The translations under genes and the position numbers were made by a program. The notes under the pieces were generated by a model. The model was not told the origin of the DNA and did not search any database. It saw nothing but the letters and a program-made list of their open reading frames with translations. A stretch of DNA of 64,000 nucleotides from contig NIVC01000501.1 in NCBI GenBank assembly GCA_002269645.1, positions 124,001 through 188,000 on the forward strand, read 5' to 3'. The DNA is from Macrostomum lignano (taxonomy: Eukaryota). Below, piece by piece: positions 59,634-64,000 of the stretch (the stretch's first letter is position 1; each line of letters begins with the position of its first letter).

Positions 59634-60372
59634 ATAGTCAGTTAGTTAGTTAGTTAGTTACTTAGTTAGTTACTTGGTTACTTAGTTACTTAGTTAGTTA
59701 GTTAGCTAGTCAGTTAGCTTATTTAGCTACCTGAGTAACCAGCTGAGAGCTCCTCGGCACAACAAAGTCGGCCAGCCGCTCGTACTTCAGCCACCAATCG
59801 TTGGCGGAGGCCTGCGGCACCACAACCAACAAGGTGATCAAGTAGTCGCTATCCAGCACAAAATGCTCGCGCTTAACCAAAGCTCCCAGATTCTTAGTCA
59901 TCAAACTGCCTGTCTCTTTGCGATCCAATTGGCTCAAATTGTTCTTCAAGTCCAAATAGTTTTTCGCACGAGTCTTCAAATCTGCTTCGATTTTAGCCAC
60001 CTGCCCAACAATGATCTCTGTTAGGCTGGGCAGCGGCTGCTTCGGCGGGTACTTGCCAGTCTCCCAGGTGAACCTGGTCAGGTAGGACTCGAGATCTAGT
60101 CCATTAACCTTCAAGCTCTCCTGCAGCTTAGTTTGACCACCTTCGAGAACATCGCTTAGAACACTGACAACCCGTCTAGTTGTGGCCTCGCAGAATGTGT
60201 CGTGTTTAGCCAGTTCATCCGACAGGCCAACCAGCACGTCCAAGGTGCCAACCTTCAGTTCTGGCGTGTTGAACTTCCAGTTCACCGACAATGTACTAGT
60301 GATGGCATTCAGCTTATCAAATGCTTGCTGGGGAGTTTTCTCGCCAGGCAGGGAGATTAGCCAGTAGTCCAT
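58204..60372 (-). CDS. ATP6V1C1: V-type proton ATPase subunit C, about 385 aa, 3 coding exons
   Basis: Exons 60372-59731, 59551-59255, 58422-58204, phase 0. [88 protein letters not shown]. Confidence 0.96.
58480..59225. repeat. About 26-bp minisatellite (GGGACTCAAGTGGGATTTAAGGGTCC variants), V-ATPase C intron 2
   Basis: Repeated GGGACTCAAGTGGGATTT core. Confidence 0.95.
59575..59725. repeat. (TAGT)n microsatellite filling most of V-ATPase C intron 1
   Basis: Direct reading. Confidence 0.95.
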
Positions 60373-61429
60373 GACAACTAGAGTTAAATATTGATGCTGA
60401 TTTTTCTTTATGTGTATACTTACTTTTTCAGAAGATATTCTGTAAGCTTAAGTGGAGATAAGGCTTTAGAAGTTAAAAGATAAAATACATAACCAAAAGA
60501 TGAATTGAATTAAATCATTACCTACCTATTTATAAGGAATTTAGTTCTTCTAATAATCAATAAGCTTCCAAAATTTTATAGCATTTAAAAATTATACTTG
60601 ATTTGAATTAATTGTGATTTATAGGTTTTATGAATAATGATGAATTATGTAAAAATGTATTGAAACTTTTAATGTGGGCAATATTTAATATTGCATAGCT
60701 TTGATTTTGTAAAATATTGAATTATGCTAACTTTTGTTATATGAAGCATATGAAAATTATAAGCTCTGCTAAGCCAAACTAAGTTCTTTTCTTAAGAAAA
60801 AACACTTTCACTATCTTACTCAAAAGTAAGATAGCAAAAACTTATAGCTCTTTTTCTTTTTTATATAAAGCATGCCACATTATGCTAACTTTTAATTTTT
60901 TTGCTAGATTAGACATTATTTGTAAAATATTTATTTGAAACTATAAGACCTTTTGTAACCATTCAACAGAAAATTGATATTTTTCTTTTACAAAGTATAT
61001 TAAATAAGTCAGAGTCTATTGAAGATTTAAAAAATAATATTGGATAAAATTAAAAATACAAAGCTATTTATTTCTGATTATTCTTAAAAATAGGATAGGC
61101 CTAGCACTTTATTAGATATCTTACTTTATTTAAAAAAATATATATTTTATTAAATTGTCTAGAATTTCATTTTAGAAAATAGTTATAGTTATGGAAAATA
61201 AAAATATAAATACTTACCAAAAGATATCTAAAGTATAAATAATTTGTTTTGTATTTATCTTTCTTAAATTTTTATCATTAGATTTTTTTGAAAAAAAGCT
61301 AATATATAATACCTAGCTAGTCCTAGTTTCCTGCATTAATTTTTTTGACCCAATTTTCATTATCTTCAGAATACTCATAAATCATGGCTGGACAACCTTG
61401 AATGCCTATAAATATTGTACTTCCTACCA

Positions 61430-62453
61430 ATTTGTGGCCATCAACCAACCTCTGTGACCTTGAGATTAGTCACTGCGATCTGGTGCTATTAACAATTGAT
61501 GCTGAGTTGACTGTGCGTTGGCTGGCAACCTATCATCTAATAGCCTTTTGACTCCCACCTCAGCAAGTTTCTCTGACGCCAACTCTACCCAAAAAGAGCT
61601 TTGGCAACTTTCTATATTGGCTGACACATTACTATACTATACAAGAACAACAATAACAAAATACGCGACCTCGCATGCACAGTCACAGTTAAAGCAGTGC
61701 ATGTCAGATAGCACGCCGCAGAGCCTGGGAGCAAATAAAGTCTGCTCTGTTGGCAGTGTTGGGCGCCCCAGCATTGCACAGCAGGCAGTCTACATATTGG
61801 CGGGTTTGGGCCTGACCCCGCTAAGTGAGTAGCAGGATGTCCTGAACAGGTTGGGGGCAGTAGCCCTCGGCCCAGATCATGTGACCTGCCAGTTGAAGTT
61901 GCCACTGGTGCAGGATGATAGACGGACGCTGCAGCTTGGCCCAATCATACAGGGCCTTGGTCCCGACACTCTTGTCAGCTCAAAAGGCCACATGCCACAT
62001 AGAGCAGCCCTGAGTGCGCCGAGTCCAGCTGCTACTCTAGCATAGCTGTCAGTGTCCACGTCTCAGTGTTATAGAGCAAGATGGATTTGACTACTGCCTG
62101 CCACAGCCAAGCCCTCTGGCAGTTGGGCAGCACTTCAGACTGGAGGATGGATTGGATCAAACAAATGGCTGCCCAGGCAAGTCCTCTGCGCCGCCAAAGA
62201 TCTTCTTCCACATGGGCACTAGACTGCCAAGGTAGGTGAACCACTGGCAGCGTGCAAGCCTGGTTGTTTGCCTATCTGCACCGCAACACGTCAGGTCCAC
62301 TGGGATGTCGGCCAGCACAATCAGCACCTCGGTCTTCAGCATTTTGATGATCAGACTGATGCTCAATGCCACCTCAACCAGCCCATCAATCTGGCGCTGG
62401 GCACCTTCAATGGATGAGGACAGGAGGGCAACGTCATTGGTGTAGCCAAGCAT
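61430..62453 (-). pseudogene. Decayed 3' fragment of a non-LTR retrotransposon (RTE-like) reverse transcriptase
   Basis: LGYTNDVALL (YADD motif degraded), KTEVL, YLGS, ILLY..ETWTLT; frameshifts. Confidence 0.8.
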
Positions 62454-63747
62454 GCTTAGATGCTATTTGCCGTGGTCCAGGATGGAATTCTTGCACGAAA
62501 GTTGTTACGCGTTTGTGCGCGCTTGTCAAATTCGTGCGCGCTTGCGCGCTTGAAAGGGGCCTACGTGCGCGCTCTCATGAAAGGTATGTGCGCACTTGTG
62601 CGCGCGTGCGCGCTTGCGCGCGCGTGCGCGCTTGTGACCCCTTGCGTGCATAAGTGCGCACATTTTTAAAAAAAATTGCAGAGATGTCCCTTCGACGAGT
62701 GAGAAAAAAACATCATTCATGTAAGTACAGTACATGTAATACCACATACAAATATACATGTAATGCATATTAATTTATAATTGTACGTATATGATCCGTC
62801 AAAATCCGACCCATTTTCGCCCCAATGTTATGTTTTTGCTTTTGAGGAAATTGAAACGTTTGATGCACCATTCGTAAGAACAAGTTTTTAATATTTTAAA
62901 TACGGATTTGATTCTATGTTCGTTCAATATACCGTAAATTCCCAGCTTTATTAATTGGCCGTGTTGTCTGAACTCTTTCCTACATTTTCTCAGAGATTTT
63001 AAGAAAAAGTCACTACAGTCTTTAACAAATGCGAAAAGATGAATTTACTTTCTCATTTTTTTAATCTTTGCACAATTAACTGTTTTGAAATTTCACGTTA
63101 AACCATTTGCTTAACTTTTTTTCTAAGAAATACTAATATTTTACGCGTACAATTTCTTTAGATTTGAAGTGACTATGCGAATGGCATTGCCAGCCATCGG
63201 TGATGGCAATTGGCAAACAATCAATATAGCGAGTTTAGTTTTCGAGTTTTATTGAAGGGCAACTGCAGTGCCTAAAATAAAAAGAATCGAACAATTTACA
63301 CTTATAATTTGGACTAATTGGACTCAGACATTTTGTTTTTGTATAGGATTTCATAACTAAACTAGCCTACAGCCCTACTACACATAGGGCCATTAAGAAT
63401 TAAGATTAAGATATTGGCTATTAAAAAGCTTTCAGTGTCAAGCATAAGCCATGAGGCAGGTCAAAGGTTTATACATTATGATTTGGAATTTATCATTTGA
63501 TTTATACTTTTTATTTTTGTAATTTTTTTCAATACTACACTGCAAGTCTGCAATACTATTTTAAAACTAAAAGCTATAGTGTTTATAAATAACTTATATA
63601 TAGTTCCACTGTTTGTTTCAATAATACTAAAATAGTAATATTTATTAATACTAATAATAAGAAATAAAATCTTTTATTTTCAGATTATTTTTTAACTGAT
63701 CTGCATCTTAGCATCTACAACATTCAATAAGACAACATCATATCATA

Positions 63748-64000
63748 ATGGCTTTCCTTGCTGTTGTGCCAGGGATTTGGACAATTGCCATTATTTCATA
63801 TCTTATGATAACTGCCAAAGACACAATTGATATTGAAAATGAAATCCAGGCCCCACCAGAACCTAGTCCTACTGGCACTCCTTTGCTTTTGCAAAGAGCA
63901 ACTGTTTCTGTTTTTACTGCTAGTCCAATTGACAATAGCAGTGGTGCTGGATCCATTCCTAGGCCAGATTCACCTATCACTATTACTACTACCCCTTCTG
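63748..64000 (+). CDS. Putative 5' end of a secreted or membrane protein (open to the window edge)
   Basis: ATG at 63748 gives MAFLAVVPGIWTIAIISYLMITAKDTIDIENEIQAPPEPSPTG...ITITTTPS with no stop for 84 codons; hydrophobic N-terminus then Pro/Ser/Thr-rich; TTTTATTTTCAG acceptor upstream at about 63683. Confidence 0.5.
   Translation, partial: MAFLAVVPGIWTIAIISYLMITAKDTIDIENEIQAPPEPSPTGTPLLLQRATVSVFTASPIDNSSGAGSIPRPDSPITITTTPS

Noticed and set aside
62470-62880. CG-rich (GCGC/GTGC) stretch abutting the LINE fragment, possibly a transposon end
   Set aside because: No partner TIR or TSD was found in the window.

Overview
Eukaryotic (invertebrate animal) genomic DNA, not prokaryotic. GC/CpG-rich exons, minisatellite-stuffed introns and AT-rich transposon-fossil blocks resemble Macrostomum-type flatworm genomes, but that assignment is an unverified inference. 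Eight spliced genes could be rebuilt by hand with phase-consistent splice sites: SLC7A6OS/Iwr1 (-), ARL14EP (+), a PLAC8-family gene (+), ARGLU1 (-), a divergent mammalian-type cryptochrome (+), NKRF with XTBD-dsRBD-G-patch-R3H (+, one GC-AG intron), a brainiac-like GT31 glycosyltransferase (+) and V-ATPase subunit C (-). A putative secreted/membrane ORF runs off the right edge. Twelve of the 18 coding-region introns carry tandem arrays, and one 28-bp unit occurs in introns of three unrelated genes. ARGLU1 intron 1 holds a nested transposon stack: a Sola-like transposase is split by a P-like THAP element whose removal restores the frame. Also present are MITEs with readable TIRs/TSDs, a Merlin transposase pseudogene, a tRNA-derived SINE with a covarying 3' hairpin and a dead LINE fragment. 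Most ORF-track entries are repeat artefacts. All alignments and counts were done by eye; no database search was run.
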